UHGV virus genome: UHGV-0209830
DNA from: a virus
DNA length: 59,500 nucleotides
Reading direction: 5' to 3' (one strand)
Each line of letters begins with the position of its first letter. The stretch's first letter is position 1. The position numbers and the translations under genes are program-made. Positions 8,984 to 18,680 of this stretch are shown in pieces. Below the pieces are notes generated by a model. It saw only the letters and a list, made by a program, of their open reading frames with translations, was not told where the DNA came from and made no database searches.

Positions 8984-10642
8984 TCAGCGCATCAGAATTG
9001 GCTTACCGACGATTCGGCGAGCTGTACCGGTCGGACAAACAGACCAGGCCACTTCCCACAGATCGATGTCCTTTTGGACAACCTGAACAACATATGGATC
9101 TTCACCCTGGGACTTGTCACGTGGAGTAACCAGCGCACCGGCTGCAACGTAACGGTCAAGCAATTCAGTCATTGCTTTCATTAGCGCTTCTTTGGTAATG
9201 CCATCCGGTTCGTGCTTAATCGCCTGAGCAACTTCGTAGAAATTGCGTGCGATAGCGTTCATCAGGGACGATACGTGCTGGAATCGCAGATAGTTGTTTT
9301 TGCTGTAAGTTGTTAAAGAGTCGTCAATGTAAACGGACCCGTCAGCAGCAACTGAAACTGGATTAATGCGCGCAAGAACGAACGCTTCACGATCAACTGC
9401 ACCGATATTTGGAATTCGGGCAATGTTCTGTCGTTCAATAATCGCGCGTGATATACCTGCCGGTGCGTAATGCCAACCACCAACATCCGGTACCAGCGCC
9501 ACTCCTTTTGCCTTCGCTACGAATGCGTCGCAGCTAATGCCATAGACGACATTCATTCCAGTGAAAGTATCTCGGCAGGAGAGCGGGAAGTAGTAACGGC
9601 TTGGTTGATGTGAGCCGCCAAAACTATGGCTTTTCGCTTCTGAAATAGCGTTTTCAGGTGTCTGGTTGCCCTTCAGGTCATAGAACATGTCTACGCGAAC
9701 ATCTTCAGCCAGCTTTTTGATTGCGGCTAAGGCGGATGCGTCATAACAACCCAATGACAGCAATGCGGTGTAATTAACCTCTGAAGCTTCGAGAACCTTT
9801 AATGCTTCCAGATAGTCTGCAGCGGCAATTTCGGACAGATTTCCATCAGTACCACCTTCAAAAGCCACATCCTCAAAAATGAGTTGAGCAGCGGATGCTT
9901 CTGCATTATCTGCCAGTACGGCACCAATGCGAGTGGACTGGCTTTCAAGCAGTGTCGGAATCCATGCTGGTTGGCCCATGTCGTTGGTGCCTTCTGGATT
10001 GAAAGACACCTGGTGGCTTTCCAGCACCTCAATGGACCCATCGGTTTGTTTTTCTTTCAGCGTCAGCGTAAAGAGTTTGCTTTCTTCATCATCGCGAGTT
10101 AGTGATAACGTGCGATTTTGAGATGCATCACCATCTTTGATGAAGAATAATGCCTTCTCTCCACCTTTAATCTGGGGCGTCTCTTTGGGTGTGAAGGTCA
10201 CTGATTGAGTCGTTGCAGTTGGAGCAACACCAACGCTTAATGTGTCACCTAGATTTGCTGTGGTTTCAGTAGGTTCAACGGAAAGTTCTTTGCTCGCCTT
10301 TGCCGCTTTTGCTTTGCCCACAACGGAAACAGAAATACCCGGCACCTTCATGTCTTTAGCGCAAACTCGAACGACATATCCAGAGCCGCCTTTTACTGCA
10401 CGCTCCACGTGGCGATATGGTTCAAATGCCGCGCCCAGGCGAGGGTGAATCGGTGAACCTAATACGCTTTGATAAGTCGTATCGTCAACTTTCAGTACCT
10501 TACCCGGTGCGCCACGACGCGATATTACAAGCCCAGCAAAGACGGATGCGCCACCGCTGGTATTGGTGAGGGTAGCGTCAGCATTTACTGACATTACAGC
10601 AACGCCAGCTGCCTGCCCTACCGAAAAACTAATCTTATTCAT
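8984..10642 (-). CDS. Putative contractile tail sheath protein (552 aa)
   Basis: Size, position upstream of tube gene, C-terminal region resembling sheath C-terminal domain pattern. Confidence 0.5.
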   Translation of the reverse strand: MNKISFSVGQAAGVAVMSVNADATLTNTSGGASVFAGLVISRRGAPGKVLKVDDTTYQSVLGSPIHPRLGAAFEPYRHVERAVKGGSGYVVRVCAKDMKVPGISVSVVGKAKAAKASKELSVEPTETTANLGDTLSVGVAPTATTQSVTFTPKETPQIKGGEKALFFIKDGDASQNRTLSLTRDDEESKLFTLTLKEKQTDGSIEVLESHQVSFNPEGTNDMGQPAWIPTLLESQSTRIGAVLADNAEASAAQLIFEDVAFEGGTDGNLSEIAAADYLEALKVLEASEVNYTALLSLGCYDASALAAIKKLAEDVRVDMFYDLKGNQTPENAISEAKSHSFGGSHQPSRYYFPLSCRDTFTGMNVVYGISCDAFVAKAKGVALVPDVGGWHYAPAGISRAIIERQNIARIPNIGAVDREAFVLARINPVSVAADGSVYIDDSLTTYSKNNYLRFQHVSSLMNAIARNFYEVAQAIKHEPDGITKEALMKAMTELLDRYVAAGALVTPRDKSQGEDPYVVQVVQKDIDLWEVAWSVCPTGTARRIVGKPILMR

Positions 10643-10709
10643 GCTGGTTCTTATCCTCTAAAGCGAGAGAACGAGGCAAGGCTGCCCACGGTTAATGGGC
10701 AGCCTCTGA

Positions 10710-10988
10710 TCAGGATTCGCTTACCGTGAAGGTATCGCCTACGGTTACTTCTTTCGTAGTTGGTTCAACACTGACGGTGCTTACGCTTTTATGTGCCTCC
10801 CTAACAGTGACTGTGCACTGTGCGGTTTTATTGCCGTCATTTGTTTTGATTGTCAGCACTGCCTCCCCGGCCTTAAGAGCGGTACATGTAGTGCCATCAA
10901 CCTGGACAATATCAGGGTGATCTGACTCAACAGTGAAAGATTTGTCTGTTGCGTCAGGTGGCGTGATAGTTACTTGAATGTTTGCCAT
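10710..10988 (-). CDS. Ig-like (Big_2-type) domain protein, possible decoration protein
   Basis: 92 aa beta-rich Ig-like sequence; good RBS aggag before ATG. Confidence 0.5.
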   Translation of the reverse strand: MANIQVTITPPDATDKSFTVESDHPDIVQVDGTTCTALKAGEAVLTIKTNDGNKTAQCTVTVREAHKSVSTVSVEPTTKEVTVGDTFTVSES

Positions 10989-11134
10989 TTTTTCTCCTGG
11001 ACGCCCCTTAATCAGGGGCGTGTTTTTGCCTTACTTCTGCTTTGTTTTTTTCTGTGCCTTTGAAGTGTTCGCGGCGATAGTTTCACCTTCATCTACGTCA
11101 AGTGACGTTGGTGATACCGACACGTTCGCCACCA

Positions 11135-12832
11135 TCACTTTTTTTCGTTAACCTTGCCTGTCAGCATGTCGATAGCACCTTCTTTGGCACGAGTCAGACG
11201 CAGGCGGGTGAAGTAGTTTTCACCGTTGCGAGGATGTACTTCGTTGATAGCACTGCCCCAGAGAGTGGTACGGTTAACGAGAGACGGATTGGTTTCGTGA
11301 ACGTAAGGGATTGCTGGGACTGCATCACCAGCAATCAGACCGGCTTTACCGATGCCTTCGCCACGCCCATAGAAGAAGATGTCATCCAGCCCGAAGTCAT
11401 ATCCCTGTGCCAGGAATTGCTCACAGACAGGTTGCGGCACTTCGTAAATACGAATCGTGCCAAACAGGGTGCCGATGTACTGTACATACGGCGACTGAAC
11501 GTAACCTGGTGCGATCTGGAAGTGCTGTGGAGGCAGAGAGCGCAGGAAGTTCGCGGCGTCACTACCAGCAAAGCCGCCACGAATACCCGTTGTCAGGGTA
11601 CGATTTGCCATTTCTTGAGACAGAGCGTTTACTGCGTGACGCAGGAGGCCGACCCAGGACTCATAGTTTTGAGCTTCCGGCAGAGCCACATCAAATTCAC
11701 GACCATAAACGGTATGGAATACCAGGGTGCGCAGACGCATGATGTCGGTTTCATGGGAGATCCAGTTACGCATCGCGGAGAACTGAAGTGCCGCTAATTC
11801 AAGGCCGTGCTCACGGCTTAAATCGGATGCGGACATTACCGTGTGTTCGGAAGCAAGTACGTACTGGGACGGACGAACTTCGTACTTACGCATAGCCTGG
11901 TTGATCACCGGAATCAGGCTTGGATTGCGCTCGATGTTAATTTCGACCTGAACAGCAATTTCAGTACCTACTGGCGGAGCCTGGGTAAATGTAATGTCAA
12001 TGACACCAGTGTCATAGGCAACTTTGGCAGTCGCTGAGAAAGTATTACCTTTGCTGTCTTTAGCATTGAAATAAAGGTTGCCATCGCCGTCGTCAACTTT
12101 GGACGGTTTGCGGTTGATCAGCAGTTTGTTATAACCAGCGCGAAGCGGGCAGGATTGTCCCTCAAATTGTTTGATGTTGAACTGGAAGGTTTTGGTGCTG
12201 CCATCCCCTTTAGTGGAAAGGGCATACAGGCGCTTCATTTGAGAATAAACACCAGCTGACTGCATATTCAGTTCGTCACCTTGGTTGAAGGTGCCGAATT
12301 TTGTGCCTGCTACGTTGACCAGTTCATAAATATTTGACTCGTCACGATCACAAGGAACAAAAGTACAGGCATCACTGGTAGCAGCGCCCAGAGAAGCAGG
12401 CAGAATTAGAGCAGCATATTGAGCAACTTTCATTACGCCGTCAGAGCTACGCATTGATTGCGCGACAGACTCAAACATTGCCTTACCCGTGCCTTCATGG
12501 GTATCACTGGCACATTCAGTCATCAGGCGTTCAAGAGCCAGGTGTGCGTTCGCCAGGATGTCACTTGCCGGGTAATGACCATGTTGACGTTTATACTCAT
12601 GCAGAGACATAGCCCACCCACCAGTGATCTGACGAGCGACCTCTGGATTTACGCCTTCAAACATAGGCACTTTCTGGATTGCTTTATCCAGGTTTTCCAT
12701 CATTACTGCCTGGTCAGCAATCATGTTGCCTGCTGCATCGGTGGTCGGATCGACGGTCATAGCCATGACGCTTGCCGCCCGATTCATAATCTCGCGCTCG
12801 CGATCACGAGCTGGCTGAATGTTTTTATTCAC
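11135..12832 (-). CDS. Putative major head protein precursor (565 aa); assignment tentative
   Basis: Large ORF heading the structural operon; GTG start; size compatible with the P1 major head precursor as I recall it. Confidence 0.4.
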   Translation of the reverse strand: MNKNIQPARDREREIMNRAASVMAMTVDPTTDAAGNMIADQAVMMENLDKAIQKVPMFEGVNPEVARQITGGWAMSLHEYKRQHGHYPASDILANAHLALERLMTECASDTHEGTGKAMFESVAQSMRSSDGVMKVAQYAALILPASLGAATSDACTFVPCDRDESNIYELVNVAGTKFGTFNQGDELNMQSAGVYSQMKRLYALSTKGDGSTKTFQFNIKQFEGQSCPLRAGYNKLLINRKPSKVDDGDGNLYFNAKDSKGNTFSATAKVAYDTGVIDITFTQAPPVGTEIAVQVEINIERNPSLIPVINQAMRKYEVRPSQYVLASEHTVMSASDLSREHGLELAALQFSAMRNWISHETDIMRLRTLVFHTVYGREFDVALPEAQNYESWVGLLRHAVNALSQEMANRTLTTGIRGGFAGSDAANFLRSLPPQHFQIAPGYVQSPYVQYIGTLFGTIRIYEVPQPVCEQFLAQGYDFGLDDIFFYGRGEGIGKAGLIAGDAVPAIPYVHETNPSLVNRTTLWGSAINEVHPRNGENYFTRLRLTRAKEGAIDMLTGKVNEKK

Positions 12833-12963
12833 GGTTAAGCCCTAAATTCGGGCGCGGCGTGAAGGTTCTTTTGACGGGCTAACAATACCTACTTTGTGAT
12901 TTAGTCAATAGTTTTAGTAAAATAAAATCTATTAACAGTCACGTTGTTATGTGATTTAATTTT

Positions 12964-12980
12964 AATTTTCTAACACAAAA
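12964..12980. promoter_or_regulatory. Operator-like motif copy (attttctaacacaaaat)
   Basis: Member of the dispersed TGTGTTAGAAAAT-like family, directly upstream of ORF at 12991. Confidence 0.45.
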
Positions 12981-12990
12981 TATTAGAGTT

Positions 12991-13383
12991 ATGGCGTATC
13001 GAATCTTTGTTTCGTATAAAAATGGCGCTAAGAGCCACTCTCTGAACACAACAAGTCGCTTTCTTGTTGAGGCGCAGTTGGCATCAATTCTTGCCGAAAG
13101 TGAGATACTCTCGCTCGCTGAACGGATCGTTATCCAGTTTTCTGGTAGAGATATACTCAATGTCCCCACCCTCACCCCGGCATCCGAAGTTATGGAATCA
13201 ATTAAATGGCCTGTATGCGGATGTCCTGCCAGGGTTGAAGAGCCGGTAACTGCAACGCTCTACATGCCGAAAGCTGTAAGAGATTGGCTTGCTATGGTTG
13301 GCAATGGGAAAGTCAGTGCTGGACTTCGCAAGTTAATTGAAATGGCAGATATTCCTGAGTTAAAAAATGCATGGCGACAATGA
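12991..13383 (+). CDS. Hypothetical protein (130 aa)
   Basis: ORF track; ATG start preceded by operator-like motif. Confidence 0.5.
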   Translation: MAYRIFVSYKNGAKSHSLNTTSRFLVEAQLASILAESEILSLAERIVIQFSGRDILNVPTLTPASEVMESIKWPVCGCPARVEEPVTATLYMPKAVRDWLAMVGNGKVSAGLRKLIEMADIPELKNAWRQ

Positions 13384-13399
13384 GTAAACAAGGGACAAA

Positions 13400-13858
13400 A
13401 TGAGTCACGTTAACCCCTCAAAAACACAATATCGCTTAATGCTGGCGATCGCGTCAGCTATACCAACCAGCCTGAATCCCCCGACAGGCTATCCCGCTGT
13501 TGTTGATGATTGTTTTCAGTATTACGGAGAAGACATCCTGAGCCAGTCAAAAGCGCTCAAGCAGTTATGTAAGGCAGGTATTCTTCACTGTATCGGAGAT
13601 CCGGACGATTTTGTTGTTATGCTGGCGGATCGTGACTCTTTTCTACTGTCCTGGAAAGCTGGTGCGCGCGAAGCACGTTTGGGGAATGGTATTGGTTACA
13701 TAGACTATAGCGATTGCCCGCTGGCATTTGCTGGTGGATATATGCATTGGCATGAGCGAAATAGGGGCCGTCAGCGTCAGTATCGTTTGAGTGACTTTAA
13801 CGTCTGTCACGGTTTCGAAGAAGCTGACAGCCAGGACATCTGGCTTCAGGAGCCTTGA
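13400..13858 (+). CDS. Hypothetical protein (152 aa)
   Basis: ORF track. Confidence 0.5.
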   Translation: MSHVNPSKTQYRLMLAIASAIPTSLNPPTGYPAVVDDCFQYYGEDILSQSKALKQLCKAGILHCIGDPDDFVVMLADRDSFLLSWKAGAREARLGNGIGYIDYSDCPLAFAGGYMHWHERNRGRQRQYRLSDFNVCHGFEEADSQDIWLQEP

Positions 13859-14154
13859 TCCCCCTTCCCTTCCCAAATCTCCCTGTTTTTTTGGTTATTC
13901 AGTGCGTTTCGTTGGTTGCATTCGTCGATCGTGCTGAATAACTGTTCAGCGTATGTCGGATACTTGTTTAACAGCACTGGCGTGTCTTCTGGCACTAAAC
14001 AAGGGGAGTAGTCAATCAGATTTGCCTGCGGCCTGCTGGTGGCTTCTACGGTAATTTTCACTGGCACGCTGGTTGATGGCTTTTGCCCGTTCCCGCTGCA
14101 TCCTGATAACGTCATCAGGCACACGTACATCGTTAATCCCAGCACGGCGTAACG
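13846..14154 (-). CDS. o-spanin (Rz1-like outer-membrane lipoprotein), overlapping the i-spanin gene
   Basis: Signal peptide with lipobox LSGC; starts inside and extends beyond the i-spanin ORF in another frame; track ORF 13846..14178 trimmed to internal Met. Confidence 0.6.
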   Translation of the reverse strand, partial: RYAVLGLTMYVCLMTLSGCSGNGQKPSTSVPVKITVEATSRPQANLIDYSPCLVPEDTPVLLNKYPTYAEQLFSTIDECNQRNALNNQKNREIWEGKGDQGS

Positions 14155-14470
14155 CATTTTCAAGACGAGTGATTTCATTCTGGCTTTCCTCCCGTTGTTT
14201 GATTAGGTTGGCATTCAGTTCTGCTGTTTTGCGTTGGTACTCCTTTTCCAGTGCTTTAATTCTTTCGTTTTCGGTCAGCATGGCTGAGCGAGCGTTCTCA
14301 CTTAACTGTAATGCTGTAGAAAGCGTGTTGTTCGTGCTTTCCAGTTGTGATTTTGAGTCTTCAAGCGATCGGACATACCTGATGTGTTCGATAACTGCCG
14401 TCGTTGTTCGGTAAATTCCAGAAATGGCTAAAAGAGCAATTACAATCAAAATTATCTTTTTCAAAACCAT
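14012..14470 (-). CDS. i-spanin (Rz-like)
   Basis: N-terminal TM helix, coiled-coil rich periplasmic part, overlapped by lipoprotein ORF. Confidence 0.65.
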   Translation of the reverse strand: MVLKKIILIVIALLAISGIYRTTTAVIEHIRYVRSLEDSKSQLESTNNTLSTALQLSENARSAMLTENERIKALEKEYQRKTAELNANLIKQREESQNEITRLENALRRAGINDVRVPDDVIRMQRERAKAINQRASENYRRSHQQAAGKSD

Positions 14471-14540
14471 CCTCTTCAGGTTTACTATTGGTGTTAAACA
14501 TGTACCAATTTACATCCTTTTGTGTTCCTAAGTGGTGTTG

Positions 14541-15344
14541 CTATTGTTCCTTTTTGGTGTTCTTTTGGAGCGCATCGATAACGCCTTGTGGCATGATTAA
14601 ACTGATTGCCGGACTCATTACTGCATCATCCAGTAGAGAACCAGTTAACGTGATGGCGACAGCGTTCTCTAAACCTTTGGTTGCCTGAGTGGTTGACGTT
14701 TTAATGCGACCTGTAAGGGCTACGACACTCTCACTTGCTGAGTTAATTTCGGAGAGTAAAACTTCGGCGGCTGTCACTGCTTCCCGTAGAGCATCAATTT
14801 CATCCTGAGTAATGACCGGAGCCTGAGCGCCCCCAGCACCACCCTGTCCACTATTGCTATCACCACCAGCACTTCCAGCAGCTTCTATTTTTGCGTTAAT
14901 GGCGTTCATGGCAGTTTTCAGAGCATCAAGTTTTAGCGCCGTCAATGCGTCCGTTAGAGATTGCGGAATGGAAACATTCCCCATCCCCTCAACAAGGGCG
15001 AAAGCAGGTATGGGGGCCAGCTCGTTACCTTTTACGTAGCATTCCCAGCCAATCTTCATCTGTAACAGCTCTGATGGCTTGGTGTATGGGGAAAGAGAAT
15101 CAGCCAGTAATGAAGACGCTTTGCTGGCCTCATTGAGCTGTTCAGAAAAGCCAAGCAATTGAGTAGTCCAGGCCGAAACAGAATCAGGATAGGTTTTATC
15201 GGCGTGAACTATTCCCTGTATGGCGCTGGCGAGTGATGAGGCTTTTACAGACGCTGCCCGGCTTATGGTTATAGATTCTGGTGTAGAGATACCGGCATCT
15301 GACAGAATTTTGAAGGCTTTAACTTCACCTATTGAATCAAGCAT
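14541..15344 (-). CDS. Hypothetical protein (about 267 aa)
   Basis: ORF track 14541..15443; likely start MLDSIGEV whose ATG overlaps the stop of the PAAR-like gene. Confidence 0.45.
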   Translation of the reverse strand: MLDSIGEVKAFKILSDAGISTPESITISRAASVKASSLASAIQGIVHADKTYPDSVSAWTTQLLGFSEQLNEASKASSLLADSLSPYTKPSELLQMKIGWECYVKGNELAPIPAFALVEGMGNVSIPQSLTDALTALKLDALKTAMNAINAKIEAAGSAGGDSNSGQGGAGGAQAPVITQDEIDALREAVTAAEVLLSEINSASESVVALTGRIKTSTTQATKGLENAVAITLTGSLLDDAVMSPAISLIMPQGVIDALQKNTKKEQ

Positions 15345-15628
15345 TATGCAACCTGAAAAATATCCTCGCCGTTGGCGATAACAGAACCACAAGAAAGCGG
15401 ATCGCCTACACAGACAACTCCCTTTCCACCTATCGAAAACCATACTCGCGTCGATACAGCTGCCCCTGGATGTGCACTGTTACCGTCAGTGTGACTGGGA
15501 AACATGGCACCATCTACAACAATTGGCTTACCGTTAACGGTGAACCAGGGAACAGTTTCAGCTACCAGTCGCGGCGGAAATCCTCCGTGACCAGAACAAA
15601 GGGTGTCGCTGGTGGCTATTGCGCTCAT
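15344..15628 (-). CDS. PAAR-like spike tip protein
   Basis: 94 aa with PAAR-type repeats (TVNGKPIVVDGA, CVGDPLSCGSVIANG). Confidence 0.55.
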   Translation of the reverse strand: MSAIATSDTLCSGHGGFPPRLVAETVPWFTVNGKPIVVDGAMFPSHTDGNSAHPGAAVSTRVWFSIGGKGVVCVGDPLSCGSVIANGEDIFQVA

Positions 15629-15699
15629 TCTTCACCTCCGGGTTATCCTCCTATTGTCATCACTTTGTTATTTCGTCATTCAAACTGAGAGTTAAATTT

Positions 15700-15800
15700 C
15701 GGAATATTTCTGTATTCTCACTTCATTCTCAAATAAATCTCACTGTCAGACCATAATTCATTGGGTGATTAAGGTATTCTCAAAATGAACTCAATAATCA
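15700..15800. repeat. parC-like centromere candidate: short attctca repeats upstream of parM
   Basis: attctca / atctcac copies at about 11-12 bp spacing directly upstream of parM. Confidence 0.35.
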
Positions 15801-15894
15801 CTCCTTTTTATCTCTTTTGGTGTGGATTTTTGGGTGCTTCTCTTTTAAAATTGCATTTTGGTTCTCAAATGTGTCTCAGAAGTGGAGCAAGAAG

Positions 15895-16851
15895 ATGCGC
15901 ATTTTTATCGATGATGGTTCAACCAATATCAAAATGCTGTGGGAGCACGACGGGGAAACTCGCACTCACATCAGCCCTAACAGCTTTAAGCGCGGATGGT
16001 CAGCAACATTTGGTGCTGGCAAGCCGTTTAACTATGTCATTGACGACGAAAAGTATTCGTATGATTTGATCTCGCCAGATGTTCTGCCGACGAATAACGT
16101 GGAATGGCAATACAGCCCGCTTAACGTCCTGGCTGTTCACCATGCCCTGCTGACAAGTGGCATTGAGCCGCAGGAAGTAGAAATTGTGGTCACGCTGCCT
16201 CTGGCGGAGTTTTACGACGACGACGCGCAATACAATCTCGATAACATCGAGCGCAAGAAAGCCAGTCTTATGCGCCCCGTCACGCTGAATAAAGGCAATG
16301 TGTTCACGATTAAGAAAGTTACGGTACGACCGGAGTCTATTCCGGCAGGAATTGGCCTGTGCGACAATCTGAACCCTGCCCATTCTGTTCTTATCGTCGA
16401 TTTGGGTGGAACTACCCTTGATGTTTCAATGGTCGCCGGGCAAATGACGGCAGTTTCCCGTGTTTTTGGCGATTCGAATCTTGGTGTATCACTGGTCACC
16501 AGGGAAGTAAGGCAAGCACTTGCAAGGGCCAATACCGAAACGTCAAATTACAATGTCGATCAGCTCATTATTAACCGCCACGATGAAGATTATCTGAACG
16601 ACAATATCAATGACCCATCAGCGATTGATGATGTGAAAAAGGCCATTGCCGCAAGCATTGACCGTTTGTGTACCCGCGTTCTTGATGTGATTGGCGACTT
16701 TAAAGGATATACGCATGTCATGGTGATCGGTGGTGGCGCACCGCTGGTGGCAGATGCAATTCGCGAGCAAGTTAATATTCGTGATGACCGTTTCTTCGTG
16801 GCGGATGACCCGCAACTTGCTCTTGTTCATGGCCTGAAAGCAATCGGTTAA
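15895..16851 (+). CDS. parM: ParM/StbA actin-like plasmid segregation ATPase
   Basis: Strong similarity to recalled R1 ParM (FIDDGSTNIK, HISPNSFK, ESIPAG, DLGGTTLD, GYTHVMVIGGGA); ATG at 15895 with RBS, track ORF over-extended upstream. Confidence 0.9.
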   Translation: MRIFIDDGSTNIKMLWEHDGETRTHISPNSFKRGWSATFGAGKPFNYVIDDEKYSYDLISPDVLPTNNVEWQYSPLNVLAVHHALLTSGIEPQEVEIVVTLPLAEFYDDDAQYNLDNIERKKASLMRPVTLNKGNVFTIKKVTVRPESIPAGIGLCDNLNPAHSVLIVDLGGTTLDVSMVAGQMTAVSRVFGDSNLGVSLVTREVRQALARANTETSNYNVDQLIINRHDEDYLNDNINDPSAIDDVKKAIAASIDRLCTRVLDVIGDFKGYTHVMVIGGGAPLVADAIREQVNIRDDRFFVADDPQLALVHGLKAIG

Positions 16852-16858
16852 CGAGGTA

Positions 16859-17203
16859 ATGTCCATGTCTCAGGAACGTAAGAAAGTGATGATTTATCTT
16901 CGCCCAGAGGCTTATGCCAATGAAAAGGCGGCGAGCGAGAAGATAAAAAAACATAGCGATATGGCAAGAACCGCATTGTTGGCAGGGCTTGCGCTGGGAG
17001 AAGTCGATAGCAGGCTTCCAGGATTACTGGCTTCCCTGCTGACCGAAGATAATAATCCGGAGCTGATCCGAAAAATGCTGGCATCCTTCCTGGAACTACC
17101 AGCTGCGGCTGAGGAGCGCCCTGCCTCCATTGAGCCAGCGAAGGAGCAAGTTGTTGCCAAAAGCGCGTCGGCGCGCAATCTGGCTGACTCTCTACCTGAT
17201 TGA
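16859..17203 (+). CDS. parR: ParR-like centromere-binding adaptor
   Basis: Small protein immediately after parM; RHH-like N-terminus; stop followed by terminator. Confidence 0.6.
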   Translation: MSMSQERKKVMIYLRPEAYANEKAASEKIKKHSDMARTALLAGLALGEVDSRLPGLLASLLTEDNNPELIRKMLASFLELPAAAEERPASIEPAKEQVVAKSASARNLADSLPD

Positions 17204-17221
17204 CAGAAGATGTGCTGGTTT

Positions 17222-17250
17222 AAGGCTGCAAATTGCAGCCTTTTTTATGC
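17222..17250 (+). terminator. Rho-independent terminator after parR
   Basis: ggctgcaaattgcagcc hairpin followed by tttttt. Confidence 0.7.
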
Positions 17251-17254
17251 CTTA

Positions 17255-17345
17255 ATGGTGCCTAATTGGTGTTAATCTGGCACCAGTTAGGTGCTGTTAT
17301 GGTGCAGTTTTGTATCTGGTTCCAATTTGGGGCTGATTTCGTGTT
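17255..17345. repeat. Centromere/operator-like repeat cluster upstream of parA (ggtgc, ggcacc, ggttccaatttgg, gtgttaaaca)
   Basis: Multiple short direct and inverted repeats between parR terminator and parA start. Confidence 0.4.
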
Positions 17346-17490
17346 AAACAGGATGCAATATAAGGTGTATTTGGTCTGATTGATGTTATACTTTGCCAAA
17401 CATTCATGACTCCATTATAGAGCCTGTCCCGCATCAAAAAGGCTCTTATCTGGAACCGTTTTGATACCAAAATCACACCGAGGAACGGAT

Positions 17491-18132
17491 ATGATTATAT
17501 TGGTAGCCAGCCAAAAAGGTGGCTGTGGCAAATCAACCACCAGCGTAAATATTTGTGCGGAGCTTGCCCGCGCAAATAAGGACGTAGTTCTACTTGATGC
17601 AGATAAGCAAGGAACATCTGCCCGTTGGGCATCGGACCGTAATGCGGCAGAGGTTTCTCCAGTAATTCATTGCGTCCAGAAGTTTGGGAATATTCGTGAA
17701 ACACTTCTTGATCTGGACAAGCGTTATGAATTTGTGGTTGTTGATACCGCTGGTCGTGATAGCAAAGAAATGCGCACCGGTATTACTGCGGCGGATGTTT
17801 TGCTTGTTCCATTCAGGCCATCTCAGCCAGATTTAGACACTCTGGCGCATTTTGTTGAAGTCTTTGAAGAGGCTTTGGATCTGATGCCTAATCCTAGCAT
17901 TAAGGCGTGCGCAGTCTTAACAATGGCCCCATCCAATCCGGTTGTGAATGAAGCCAATGAGGCCAAAGAGTACCTGGCTGAATATCCGCAACTGAAGTTG
18001 CTGAAAACCATCATTCGCGATCGCAAGGTTTACCGCGATTGTATGGCTGAAGGGAAGGGCGTTGTTGAGATGGACAACGGGAAAGCTAAAGGTGAAATCC
18101 AGATGTTGGTTAAGGAGTTATTAAGTGATTAA
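17491..18132 (+). CDS. parA: Small ParA-family partition ATPase (type Ib, ParF-like)
   Basis: Deviant Walker A KGGCGKST near N-terminus, about 213 aa from ATG at 17491 with RBS gaggaa. Confidence 0.85.
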   Translation: MIILVASQKGGCGKSTTSVNICAELARANKDVVLLDADKQGTSARWASDRNAAEVSPVIHCVQKFGNIRETLLDLDKRYEFVVVDTAGRDSKEMRTGITAADVLLVPFRPSQPDLDTLAHFVEVFEEALDLMPNPSIKACAVLTMAPSNPVVNEANEAKEYLAEYPQLKLLKTIIRDRKVYRDCMAEGKGVVEMDNGKAKGEIQMLVKELLSD

Positions 18133-18412
18133 GCCTCGTAAATCGGTAAAAGCCCCCGAAGTAAAAGACCTCGATCTTGAACGCCGAATTGAGGCTTTTG
18201 CCAGCAAAGCTGATTTGGTGCCGGGTGAGCAACCAGAAGACAACAAAGTGCTCGATAAGGACGCCCCACGTGATTTTAAATCCATTCGTGTTGGCTTCAA
18301 TGAATACGAGTACCAGGTACTTGATGCGTTAAGCAAAAAGCATAATCGCAGCAAATTGAATATGATCCGCCATGCTATCCTCATGTTAGCGGAGTCTGAG
18401 GAAGCAAAATAA
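18125..18412 (+). CDS. ParG-like small centromere-binding partner
   Basis: 95 aa, GTG start overlapping parA stop, helical C-terminal RHH-like region. Confidence 0.55.
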   Translation: MIKPRKSVKAPEVKDLDLERRIEAFASKADLVPGEQPEDNKVLDKDAPRDFKSIRVGFNEYEYQVLDALSKKHNRSKLNMIRHAILMLAESEEAK

Positions 18413-18680
18413 AGTCTTTCAGGGTGGTTTTAGAACTTAAAAAATCTTGAACCAAAGATGCACCAATACACTACTAATTTGGTGCACCTTTACATCCTTT
18501 TTGGTTCCAATTGTGTACCATTTGTCATTAATTTACTTATGCGCAAAAGTGGGCTTCATGAAAAAGCTCATTATTGAAATAACGATAGAAAGCAATTTCT
18601 AATCAACTAGTGGTTGTCAGCCTATTCGGCTTATAAGATCATACGCTGTTATACGTTTTTTACGCTTTGAGGAATCCACA

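Noticed and set aside
17495-17704. 69-aa minus-strand ORF inside parA
   Set aside because: Antisense to a well-supported gene.
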